64,000 nucleotides of DNA from Rhizodiscina lignyota. Lineage: Eukaryota. The position numbers were made by a program, and so were the translations under genes. Of this stretch, positions 23,652 through 35,700 are shown one piece after another; positions within the stretch are counted from its first letter, which is position 1; each line of letters begins with the position of its first letter. Location: contig ML978134.1 in the NCBI GenBank assembly GCA_010015805.1, forward strand, positions 186,001 through 250,000, read 5' to 3'. Below the pieces are notes generated by a model. The model ran no database searches and had not been told where the DNA came from. It saw only the letters and a list, made by a program, of their open reading frames with translations.

Positions 23652-25411
23652 TCATGCCATCAAATATACTCGTCCTTCGTAAGGAAGTAATGACTCAGCT
23701 TTTGGCTCCTCCGCTGTGTTCATCAGCAGCTTCGAATTCTCGGGACTGGCGCCTGCTTGCTTCTGTCCGGTGAAGTTCAATACAACGAAGGCCTTGCTGG
23801 CTCTGTACTCCTTTGTGAACGAAAAAAGATTCTCATTTGCAGCATCCAGAAGCTCGAAATCCCCGTATACGAACAAGTCTGAATACTCTTTCCGGAGACG
23901 TAATAACTTCTTCCAGAACGAAAGCACAGAGCCTTTGTCCTGTTGCTGTTGCTGGGCGTTGCAGACAGTGTAGTCGTCATTGACGCGCATCCACGGCTTG
24001 CATGATGAGAAGCCTGCGTACTTGTGGCTGTTCCATTGCATCGGGGTCCTTGCATGATCGCGAGCCAAGTGCTGCAGAGCTGCCTTTGCAGAGGCCAGGG
24101 ACTTTGGATCCCCGCCGCTGCGATCGTTGACCATTTTGTAGTAATTGGACGAGTCGACATCTTTGTATTCATCCATTGACCATTCGAGCGGAGCATTAAT
24201 CATTCCTAGCTCTTGCCCTTGATACACGAACAACGTGCCAGAAAGCGTTGCGAGCATCAACGCTAGCATCTTGCCGCTTGCAACACGATGCTCCGGAGCA
24301 TCCGACGCAAATCGGGATATCGAACGTGCCTGGTCATGATTTTCGAGGAAAGCTGTCGTCCAGGCATCGGTACCCTTGATCAAGGTCTGTGTGCCCGCGA
24401 TAGCCGCTTTCAAAGTCGGCAATTTCCAAGCAAACGGCGTGGTCTGGAATTTATGTGGTCCCATTCCAACATCTACAACGTCGAATTGGAACACCATGTT
24501 CAATTGCTTTTGCTTTGCACTAACATACTTTAGCACACCCTCGGCAGTATGGGTATTCGGGCATTCGCCGACAGTCATGGCGTCGTATTTGGCGAGAACG
24601 GCGTTCATCTCGGAAAGAAACTCTTGCATTCGTGGGCCATTGCAGTATTGATAGCCTGCGAATTGCCATTCCGCATCCGGATCTGTGACTGGGGCATCAG
24701 GCATGATGAGGCCCTTGCTGCAAAACAATTAGTCACTGGGCGGGTGTTTAGTGGCCAACGGATGCCTTACCTGTACATATTGACCGTATCTACTCGGAAA
24801 CCGTCGATACCTTTACGGAGCCAGAACTCCATAGCGCTATCATAAATAGCCTTGCGAACCTCTTCGTTCTCCCAGTTGAGATCTGGCTGTTCCGGACAAA
24901 ATAGGTGCAGGTAATATTCTTGCGTCGCTTCATCCCACTGCCATGCGCTACCCTCAAAGTTGCTGCGCCAGTTGTTTGGAGGCTTTCGCACACCGTTGAC
25001 ATACTTTGCAGGCCTCCAGATATACCAATCTCGCTTTGGACTCTCCTTGGACATACGAGACTCCTTGAACCATTTGTGCTGATCCGAGGTGTGGTTCACA
25101 ACAAGGTCCAGAATTATATGCATGTCTCGCTTATGGCATTCATGGATTAGAGACTCCATGTCAGACACAGTACCGTATGGCGGGTAGACAGCTTCATAAT
25201 CGGAGATGTCGTAGCCCATGTCCACTTGAGGAGAGTCGTACATGGGACAGATCCAAACGATGTCGACTCCGATAGACCTGATGTAGTCAAGCTCCGAGAT
25301 GATGCCAGGAATGTCTCCGATTCCATCGTCATTTGAGTCTTTGAAGCTAGCTGGATAGATCTGATACACAACCCCTTCTTTCCACCATTTTCGCTCTTCG
25401 GTGATCGTCAT
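23652..25411 (-). CDS. Alpha-glucosidase/maltase (GH13, oligo-1,6-glucosidase-like)
   Basis: [42 protein letters not shown]; intron 24718-24770. Confidence 0.95.
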
Positions 25412-26239
25412 CGCGGAGGTTGATGCCCGGAGGGGCTCTCTGAGAAGAGGATCGAAAGCGTCGGTGTATCAAGGAATCACGAAGAGTAATGGAAGCTGAA
25501 GAGAGATTGTGACTGAATATAGAGATGGGAGACTTAACTACATCGTGGCGAGCAGGAGCTACCTATATGCCTCACTCCTTCCCCAGGTGTGAGGGAGGCG
25601 AGTCAAGATCCCATCGCTTGCCCACTTCCATGAAGATCTACAAATGTGAAAAACATGGAAATTCATCTTCCTCTACACCCTGCGGAGAGCAACAAGCCGT
25701 ATGTCCACAATTCGAAAAGTGTCCGCAACATCGCCGTCTGGATACATTGGCATAATGTCGGTCCGACAGAAGAGTGATGGAAGGAAATAACCCCAGAGCA
25801 GGCAGGGCCACTCTGATTGAATTGAAGTCGGCCCGAGAATGCCCACCCCATCCCGTTCCACTTTCCGTCCCGTGTCGTTGACACATGGACCTCACGTGCA
25901 GCTCAACCGTCTAACCTCCAGCGATTTTGACAACTCGGTCCGGTATAATAATCTCATACGACTGGATTAGAGTCGGATCGACTTCATCTCGTCCCGCTGC
26001 CGTGCTCAATCTGGGGAAGCATGGCATGAAGCACAGACCGTCATTCCCAAAGATTCACTCCTCCACCATATTCTTCTCTACTTCGTGTTCATGGCCATTC
26101 TTCATGTATAAGTATAAGGTTTCAGCCTCGCCATGTAAGTGCTATCAGCATCAGGATCTGAAGCCTCATCCGCTCAGGACAAGATCTCGTCTCCGTTTCT
26201 GTATTTTTTAAAGTCAATTGAGGCCTCCCTCTCGCCACA
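25412..26239. promoter_or_regulatory. Divergent promoter with CGG-triplet and CreA-like sites
   Basis: CGG-N11-CCG 25683-25699; CCG-N8-CCG 25723-25736; palindrome TGTCGGTCCGACA 25756-25768; SYGGRG matches at 25581, 25682, 25791, 26011. Confidence 0.55.
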
Positions 26240-27987
26240 ATGGATCAACACCGGGAGCACAATGCCTTAGAGGTTCATTTGGACGAAGAGAAGTTTCGGC
26301 GGATGTCCGTCGCCGTGCCAAATGTCGAACACCTCACTGAAGATGCAGCTCGCGCCACTCAAGCGGAGCACTCCATGACACTATGGCAGTCGCTCAAGCT
26401 CTATCCGAAAGCCGTTGGCTGGTCGATGTTCCTCTCCCTTGCGATTATCATGGAAGGGTTTGATATTGTCCTCATCGCGAATTTAATGGCTGTTCCAGCT
26501 TTCAAGAAGCAATTCGGTCACCAGCTTTCGGACGGCTCTTACGAATTGACTGCAACATGGCAAAGCGCATTGACGAACGGAGCCTACGTTGGCGAAATTC
26601 TAGGCCTCATGATCAATGGCATCATTGCAGACAGGTTTGGGTATAAGAAGACTATGATCGGGGCACTCACGCTGGTGACAGGCCTTATATTCATCGTCTT
26701 TTTCACTCAGTCTGTGCAGCAACTCCTTGCCGGCCTCATTCTTTTGGGTATCCCTTGGGGGGTCTTCCAAACTCTCACAACGACCTACGCGGCTGAAGTC
26801 TGCCCTGTCCATCTCCGAGCATATCTGACCACTTATGTCAACCTGTGCTGGGTCATCGGTCAGTTCCTGGCTTCAGGTGTCCTGAAAGGAGTATCGTTGA
26901 GGGACGACGAGTGGGCGTACAGGTAAGATTACTCACCGTATTTTCCCTTCGTCATGCACTGACTCGTATCAGAATCCCATATGCTCTTCAGTGGATTTGG
27001 CCCATTCCCCTCATTATCGGAATTGCGCTCGCCCCTGAGTCGCCTTGGTGGCTCGTCAGAAAGGACCGCATTGAAGACGCGAAGAAGCAACTTTTGCGCC
27101 TTACATCTCGCAACAACCCCACATTCAATGCCGACGAGACTATTAGCATGATGGTACACACAAATGAACTCGAGAAGGCCACGACAGAGGGTACATCCTA
27201 CACAGACTGCTTTAAGAAGACCGATCTTCGCCGTACCGAAGTCTGTGCCATGTCATGGTTCATCCAGTCGTTCTGCGGAGCGACTTTCATGGGTTATTCG
27301 ACATACTTCTACGAGCAGGCAGGCCTTGACACCTCGAACGCGTTCACTCTTTCGATGGTCCAGTATGCCCTCGGTGCGCTTGGCACCTTTGCCGCATGGT
27401 TCTTGATGTCTCGCTTCGGCCGACGAACTCTTTACGTCGGCGGACAAGTGGTCATGACGTGTCTTCTCTTGGTTATCGGTTTCTGCGGACTTGCCTCAAA
27501 GAGCAACGCCGGTGCTCAATGGGCTATTGGATCCATGCTGCTCATATTCACATTTGTTTACGACTCGACAGTTGGCCCGGTGTGCTATTCTCTCGTTGCC
27601 GAATTAGCATCTACGCGCCTTCGACAAAAAACAGTCGTCCTGGCTCGCAACCTATATAATGTTGGCAGCATCATTACTAATGTCCTCACACCACGTATGC
27701 TCAATCCGTCAGCCTGGAACTGGGGTGCGAAATCCGGGTTTTTCTGGGCAGGATGCTGCTTCCTCTGCCTGGTCTGGACATATTTCCGCCTGCCAGAGCC
27801 GAAAGGCCGCACATATGGGGAACTGGATACTTTGTTTGAGCAGAAAGTGCCTGCTCGCGAGTTTGCTTCAACCAAGGTCGATCCTTTTCTCAGCGAGTCG
27901 GCCAGATCCGATTCCATAGCTGTGGAAAAGGCGGCGGCGAAGGAGACCATCGCTCATGTCGAGAAATTGGCATCGAACGCCTCGTAA
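26240..27987 (+). CDS. Maltose/alpha-glucoside permease (MFS sugar porter)
   Basis: EHSMTLWQSLKLYPKAVGWS, YAAEVCPVHLRAYLTTYVNLCW, PESPWWLVR, RLPEPKGRTYGELD; intron 26923-26972. Confidence 0.95.
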
Positions 27988-28631
27988 TATCGAGATGGAG
28001 CTTGTTTGGATCATATGCAGTATATGTGTGTTTGTGTGTGTCCGAATACTTGTAAATACGTGCGGTTGAGACCTGTATACAACTGGTTCTTTTTTCCCTC
28101 TTTACTTTTCAGTGGGCTCACTCAACTTGGAAATAACCGAAATTCTCCTGCGAATCTCAACAGCCCTAACAGACAAGAACCTCGAGCGTGATAACGTGTA
28201 TGATTAGCATCTTTATTATTCCTCAAAGGGATAGTAATTCGTGCTAAGCTCAACATGCACCTGCCACCGGCAGTCGGCGTCAGCACAGGCACGCAGGCAT
28301 CCCACTTTTCCTCCGGCTCGTGCAGCACCTCGTCTCTTCCGCAAGAGCCATTGGCTCCGGTGAGACTCTGCATCCACGCACGGCGACAAATCCCCTGCCT
28401 GATAGTAATTATATCTGGCTGTGCGCAGCCCTACAACACTAGGCATAGACTTTACGCCGGCCACATTCACCTCAGCTGTAGTCGAGGTAGCCGTTATGTA
28501 TACAGCCTCGAGGCCGCTCCATCCGGCCTTCATCTCAGCAGTTTCGACGGCATCACCGTTCATCGTACTGCGATAACCGACCGCCGACTAGTTCTCCACC
28601 GCCAGGCTCGCACGCATCTCACACTCTCAAG

Positions 28632-29555
28632 ATGACGACCAACTCACCGACAGAGAAACCATGGGCCGACACACCCCTCGCAATGATACCGACCCCTGTT
28701 TTCGTAACCAAGAAGGTCCGTGTCTGTCTGTTCCTAAGTGACGATGAGCTGTCGAGCTTAATGTTTCCGTGTTAGCACGACATGTTCACGAGTGGTGCGA
28801 GCCACATGTGCATGGTGCACAACTCTATCTTGCGGGGATACAATTCCATCTATCATCAGGCGCCACACGTTGCGGAAGCTGATAAGGCCGACTTCATCGG
28901 TTACTGCTTGACGTGGCATAAATTCTTAAAATCTCATGCCGACAATGAAGATACCAGCCTCTTCGTTGAGATGGAGAAGCTTTTGGAGGATGGGGCAATC
29001 TTCGAGGAGTCGCACAAGGAGCATGGTATGGTCGAGACTGTCAGATGGCTGCCTCGGGGCAAGAGCTAACAGATTTCTCCTGTGAGCTTAGATGCGTTCA
29101 TGCCCGGTATAGCCAAGTTTCAGGAATACCTCTCCAGTCTCGGGTCGCCCGGCGAGTTTTCCGGAGTCAAACTTCTGGAGATCATGACGGCCTTTCAGGA
29201 GCCCTTTGAAATCCATATGAGATCTGAGATCACGACCATCGCTAACCTAGCAGGCCACGAACGGGCGCCGGTGGTAGGGAGTGCAAAGGAGAAGAGTACT
29301 CAATCAACATTTGACGCGCGCGAAGGGAAGAAGCTGCTCATGTCCGGAGCGACAGACGTCATGCCATTCTTTTTGTTTAATTTCGACAGCTCGTACGAGG
29401 ATGGCTTGTGGGCGAACTGGCCTCCAATCCCTGCGCCGGTGAGATGGGGTCTAATAAACGTTGCCAAGTTCTGGCATCCAGGATGGTGGAAGTTCGCGAG
29501 TTGTGATGCTGCAAGACGGACGATTCCCTTGTATGCGGTTCCAGATTCGAAATAA
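28632..29555 (+). CDS. Hemerythrin (HHE cation-binding) domain protein
   Basis: KPWADTP, HMCMVHNSILRGYNSIY, HADNED, HKEH, HMRSEI, WWKFASCD; introns about 28716-28775 and 29026-29091. Confidence 0.82.
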
Positions 29556-30452
29556 GACGAAGCAATTTGCAGAGTCAAGAGAACGAGAGAAAAATCGTGT
29601 CGGTTCGGCGCGTTGTTTGTAATATGCAGATATAGAATAATGGAGGCTTGTGGCTAGGTGCGATGCTAAGTATTTCCGGATCCACCATCGCAGTCTTATA
29701 GAGTAAAAATCTAAGTCTTTTCTATCATGAATATTTGATGAAGATGCCAGTCTATTCTGAAATGCCGATATTCAATATGACAATACTGACTCGTGCACGG
29801 GGTATTTCCGCGAGTGCGGAGGCTGCCCCACATTGTGGGTGGTGGAGTGCAGGTTTCGGTCGAGCATATTCTTCTTTTGACGTCGTCGTCCATTTGATTT
29901 GACTTGTGCACCGTCTTCCAGCCCAGCCAGACAGTCGTGTCATATAATAGGCTCAGTGATTCTTTATCGCAGCTCGGTATCAGCTCGGACGTATCTCAAA
30001 TTCTGGCCTCGCGAAGCCAAGCTGCCAACGCCATCCTCCCACTCGACCTGCCACATTTATCCATGGCGCACTCATCAAGCCACAACCAGCCGTCTTGTTA
30101 TCAGCATCTGTCACATCATCGTCACGCTGAACCACCAAACCTCTCCTCGGACTCGATGCCGCTACCCCAGATGCGATGATCGCATCGGCTGGGCCCGCGT
30201 AGCGACGTTCCCCATGTATCTTCAAAGTAGCCTTGACGCTGATTCGTCAATTTGCCCCATTATGTCAAGCTTATCGTTCATCGCTGGGCTGTTATCGTGT
30301 GCGTTTTGGCGGCTTCCTTGCTTCATTCAGAAAATAAAAGTGGGCCACATCACGAACATCGTGATGTAAAAACTGTCAATTGTCCCGCTCGCAAGTGCTT
30401 TTGTTGCCTTTGGTCTCATCCTCGAATTCTCCGTCATCTTTACAAGCTGAAA

Positions 30453-32317
30453 ATGCGATTTCGTCTCGAGCGGCCGCACCTCAAGGTCCAGCAACCAAAA
30501 TCTGCATTTTCCTCCGGGAACGCGCGATGGACGAATAAAGACTTGGACCCAGTCCCAAAGGACGAAAGGAAATGGGGTGTTATCTCACTAGTCGCCTACT
30601 GGATCAGTGATGCGTTTAAGTGAGTTTTTTATAACAGATCCATAAAAGGACATCAAAGTTGACGGCTATACAGTGCTGCGACATGGCAATTCGCTAGGTG
30701 TGTACAATGTCTCCTAAGTCTCTAGTGATGGTTTCCAAGCTCACTGACTTCTAAAGCTCCATCATCGCAGTCGGATTGACCTGGCGCGAATCGCTCGGCA
30801 TCGTCGCCCTCGGTTTCTTCATCATCAGTTTCGTTATTGCACTCAATGGTGCCGTTGGAGTTATCCATCATACGTCATTTCCGTAATACCCCTATTTCTA
30901 AGGCTTGAAGATCAACATTAACGTTGGAAGGGTGAACTCACGCGCCCCATGGGGCTTCTGGGGCTCGTACATCGCTATCATATCTCGCGCGATCCTCGCC
31001 ATCTTCTGGTTCGCCATCCAGACTATGAACGGCGCGAATACAGTTCGAGTGATGCTTGGCGCTATCTGGCCGTCTTTTCTCCGTTTGAAGAACACCATTC
31101 CAGAGGACCAGGGCATTACCACCAACACGATGATTAGCTTCGTGATCTTCTGGATCCTCCAATTGCCGTTCCTGTACATGCATCCGAACAATCTCCGATG
31201 GCTGTTCATGGCAAAGAGTATCATCGTTCCAATTGCATGGGTCGCGATTTTGATATGGGCTTTCGTTGCAACCGAGGGCGGCGATTTATTTGACCAGAAA
31301 GCGACCATAACAGGTAGCGCATATGCGTGGGCGTTCCTCCTAAATTTGACGTCTGTTATTGGCAATTATGCGACTCTCTCTGTTAATCAGGTAAGTTCTT
31401 AAAGCTTTGGTATCTTTGATGGATTGTCGTAAGGACGCCGATCATAGACCTGACAATCTCACCAGGCCGACTTCTCCCGCTACTCGCGTGTCAGCGTCAA
31501 ATGGCAGCTCCTCTACGTCCCGATGCTACCGATCTTCTTCACTTTCATCTCCTTCATCGGTATCGCTGCGTCCTCCGCGGGCGCTGTGCGCTACGGTACT
31601 CTTCAATGGGATCCAATGGCCCTCATTGCAAACTGGTCCTCTCGCGCTTGCCGATTCTTCGCCGCATTCTCTTTCGCACTCGCCGCGCTAGGCGTTAACA
31701 TCAGCGCGAACTCCCTGTCCGCAGCAAATGACCTCAGTGCGTTGTTCCCGCAGTACGTGAACATCCGCCGCGGGCAGCTTCTCTGCGCCATCATCGCCTG
31801 GGCGCTGGTGCCGTGGAAGATCCTGGAGTCAGCAGGCAGCTTCCTGAACTTCATGAGCGCGTACGCGATATTCCTCGGCCCCATTGCGGCGATCATGGTG
31901 TGCGACTTCTGGGTCATCCACCGGATGAAGTACGATACGCTTGCGCTTTTCCAGCCGTGGGGAATATACCGCTACACTGCTGGCGTGAACTGGCGTGCGG
32001 TCGTTGCATTCCTTGTTGGCGTTGCCCCGAGTATGCCTGGTTTTATTAACAGCATCAATTCGAATATTAAAGTCGGCGTGGGCGTGCATCCCTACCAATT
32101 TGGCTGGCTTTTGGGGTTCGTCGGAACCTTTTTTGTGTATTGGTTGCTGGAGACCATCTTCCCGCCACATGAGACATTCATTGAACGCGCGGTCTTGCCG
32201 GACGAGATTTATGAAGCTAGTGGTTATAATAATGAGATTGAGGGCGTCCCAGTAGTGGAGTACGAAACCGGCGGAGACAAGAGCAAGTTCAAGACTTGGG
32301 CAGACCGGATACTATAA
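30453..32317 (+). CDS. NCS1 nucleobase/allantoin permease (Fur4/Dal4 family)
   Basis: WTNKDLDPVP..RKWG, WISDAFN, DFSRY, VNISANS, YVNIRRG, GVNWRA; four introns. Confidence 0.93.
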
Positions 32318-32421
32318 TTCCGGTTCGGGCAAAAATTTGAAGATGAAATAGACACAAGATTTCATTAGATCTTGGATTGTAGCTATTAAGAGCTATTATA
32401 CTTCAAGTAAAGAGGTCGTCA

Positions 32422-32500
32422 ATCCCTAGAAGGATTTCTATCCATAATCCCTAGTAGGACGCTTCTATCCATAGTCCCTAGTAGGACGTTTCTATCCATA
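32422..32500. repeat. ~27-bp minisatellite, 3 copies
   Basis: atccctagaaggatttctatccata / atccctagtaggacgcttctatccata / gtccctagtaggacgtttctatccata. Confidence 0.9.
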
Positions 32501-32736
32501 TGCCCGGAGTGCAGATCAAAAACGCTCAAAATGCTATTTTTGAAATTGCGCTGTAAACGAAGCACGTGAGGACTCGCGAGTATATACAACGTATGCAAAT
32601 ATTAACAGAAGCAGTGAATAAAGAGACGCCCGTCAATGCAAAGTGCAAACAGCGCGCGTATGGACTTGTAACTCTCAAGTAAGCATCATTATTTTGGCGC
32701 TCTCAAACAGAAAGGAGAAATAACAGGATAGCAATC

Positions 32737-35700
32737 TCAGGTAGTGGCTTTGGCAGCCCATGCTGCAGTATTGGCAGCCGAACCACTGAGAGCTGCAAAC
32801 AACTGGCAAAAGCCTGAGGCTGGGTTGAATTGCACCGCGATACACAGAGATGTAGTACGGCAGAGCGTGACGCAAGCCTGGAAGTTCGCTTGTGTCGATG
32901 ATTGAAGCGAGGTACCACTATATGCGTTGTTGCATTGCACGGCATAGTGGACACCCGAAATGGTCGCGGTCCTTGAATTCCACGCAGGGCAGGTCAAGGT
33001 CGACGGGAGAGCAGCACTAGACGAGATAATTCTCGTGCCACTGGGCGAGACAATTGCAGTGATGAAGCTGGATGATGACGGCGGTGATGATAACGTGTAA
33101 GACGGTCCGCATGGACCGAGGAGGCCGAGTAGATTGAAGCAGGCCGTTACGCCAACCGAGAGGCTCAGCGATGGGCTGAGAATCGTTGTCTGCTGCGTGG
33201 GAGACGCTGACAGAGTGTACCCAGAGGCTCCACACGGGCCAAGCAAGCCTAAAAGGTTAAGACACAAGTTCGCACCCACGGACAAACTGGCCGAAGGAGT
33301 GATCGTTTGGACTGCAGCTGTTGGGGACGAAGTAAGTGAGTATCCGGATTGCCCGCAGGATCCAAGGAGCCCGAGAGCGTTAAAGCATAGGTTTAAGCCG
33401 ACTGATAAACTTGCTGACGGTGTGATTGTCTGAGCTGCAGCCGCTGGCGACGAAGTAAGCGAATATCCAGATTGTCCGCAGGTCCCAAGAAGCCCGAGAG
33501 CATTGAAGCATAGATTTACTCCAAGTGACAGGCTCACTGAGGGAGTGAATGTCTGAATAGGGGCAACTGGAGACGTGGTAAGCGAGTATCCAGACTGTCC
33601 ACAGGATCCAAGGAGCCCAAGCGCATTAAAGCAAAGGTCCAATCCCACCGACAGACTCGCTGAAGGTGTGATCGTTTGAATCGCAGCTGTCGGAGAAGAT
33701 ACAAGCGAGTAGCCTGGCTGTCCGCAAGTCCCAAGAAGCCCCAAAGCATTGAAGCAGAGGTTTAATCCCACCGACAAACTCGCTGAAGGTATGATTGTTT
33801 GAACAGCAGCTGCCGGAGAAGATGTGAGTGAGTAATCTGACTGTCCGCAAGGCCCGAGAAGTCCTAAGGCGTTGAAACAGACATTTACACCAATGGAGAG
33901 ACTTGCAGAAGGGATAATGGTCTGTACTGCAACAGGAGAATATGTGAGCGAGTAATCTGATTGCCCACAGGGCCCGAGAAGTCCAAGAGCATTGAAGCAG
34001 AGGTTTAAACCGACGGAGATGCTAGCTGAAGGAGTTATTGTTTGTAATGCAGCTGGTGGAGATGTCGTGAAAGAGTAGCCTGGTTGTCCACAGGTCCCAA
34101 GAAGTCCTAAAGCATTGAAACAGAGATTCAGACCAGCGGAGAGACTTGCAGACGGAGTAATAGTTTGTATGGGAATGGGAGAAGATGGGAGACTGTATCC
34201 GGGGGCATTGCAATCACCAAGCAAGCCAAGGGCGTTGAAGCATAGATTGATGCCAGCAGATAAACTTGCAGACGGAGTTATTGTTGAGATTGCAACTGGT
34301 GGCTGTGAGAGCGAGTATCCGGGCGAGTTGCAATCTCCTAATAATCCGAGAACATTGAAGCACAAGTTCGCGCCAACGGACAAGCTTGCGGATGGTGTAA
34401 AAGTCTGGATCGCAGGTGGAGGTTGCGCAAGGGAATAGCCAGGATCATTGCAACTCCCGAGAAGTCCAAGGGCATTGAAGCACAAATCTACACCAATGGA
34501 CAAGCTTGCGGACGGTGTAAAAGTCTGGATCGCGGGTGGAGGCTGCGAAAGGGAATAGCCAGGGTCATTGCAATTCCCAAGAAGTCCAAGTGCGTTGAAG
34601 CACAGATTCACGCCAATAGACAAGCTAACTGATGGTCTGATTGTCTGGTTGGGAACCGGGGATTGAGTAATTGAGTACGCAGGGTTGGAGCAATCGCCCA
34701 GAAGCCCAAGTGCATTGAGGCAGAGGTTAACACCGACAGAAAGACTCTGCGAAGGATAGAGAGTTGACTGAACTTGAACGTTTGGTCCATTCTGGGCGAC
34801 TGGTCCATTCCGCCTTCCAGTTGGACTCCCCACGCTTGGAGTGGTTGTTGAAGGGACTCCCAAACTCGGAATGCGCAAACTGGCGGTTGGGGCCACCGGA
34901 CTCGGGATACTGGTAGATGGTGCTTGGGGGTTCGCAATTCCCAAGCTCACGGTTGCGATCTGCGTACTTACGATGCTGATCGAAGATATCCTCACACTTG
35001 GAAGAATAAGGCTTGGGATGCTTGTCGAAGAGATCGCCAGGCTCCGAACACTAGTGCCGCTTGCCGGAATTCCCACACTCGGGGCCGTTGTTGGAAGCGC
35101 CGGAGGCGTGGTTGGAGGCAACGCAAATGTTGGGGTCGGATTCTGAAAGGTGTTTGTCGGAAATGCTGGAACGGCGGCCGGACGTGTTGACAATGCTGAT
35201 AGCGTAGCTAGAATAGTGTAGTAGCTATTGTCACACTGTCCAGATGCACCCAAAGAGTTCAAACAGAGATTTGCTTGTGCTCCAGGATTCACGGAGCCTG
35301 TGGCCTGATGAAGCGCAACTCCAAGTCTCAGTGGAATCGTAAAAACCGACCCATCGCATTTTCTGAGTACTCCGTTGGTGTTGAAACACATTTGAACTCC
35401 AGTCGAGAATGATATTGATGCAGTTGGACTAACGAATGGTGGCGCCATTGGAATCAGGTACAGACTACTATCACAAGAACTGACATCCCCGAGAGCATCA
35501 AAGCAAAGGCCCACTCCAACCCCTAATGATGCTGTAAGGGGAGGTATTGGTGGTGGTGTAATAACTGGCGGCGGGATTGAAATCGACGGGTTGGGCACAC
35601 CAGGCGGAGGCGGAGGTAAGCCTGGAGGGGGTGGGCCTGGAGGAGGCGGGCCTGGAGGAGGCGGGCCTGGAGGAGGCAGGCCTGGTGGAGGCGGGCCCGG

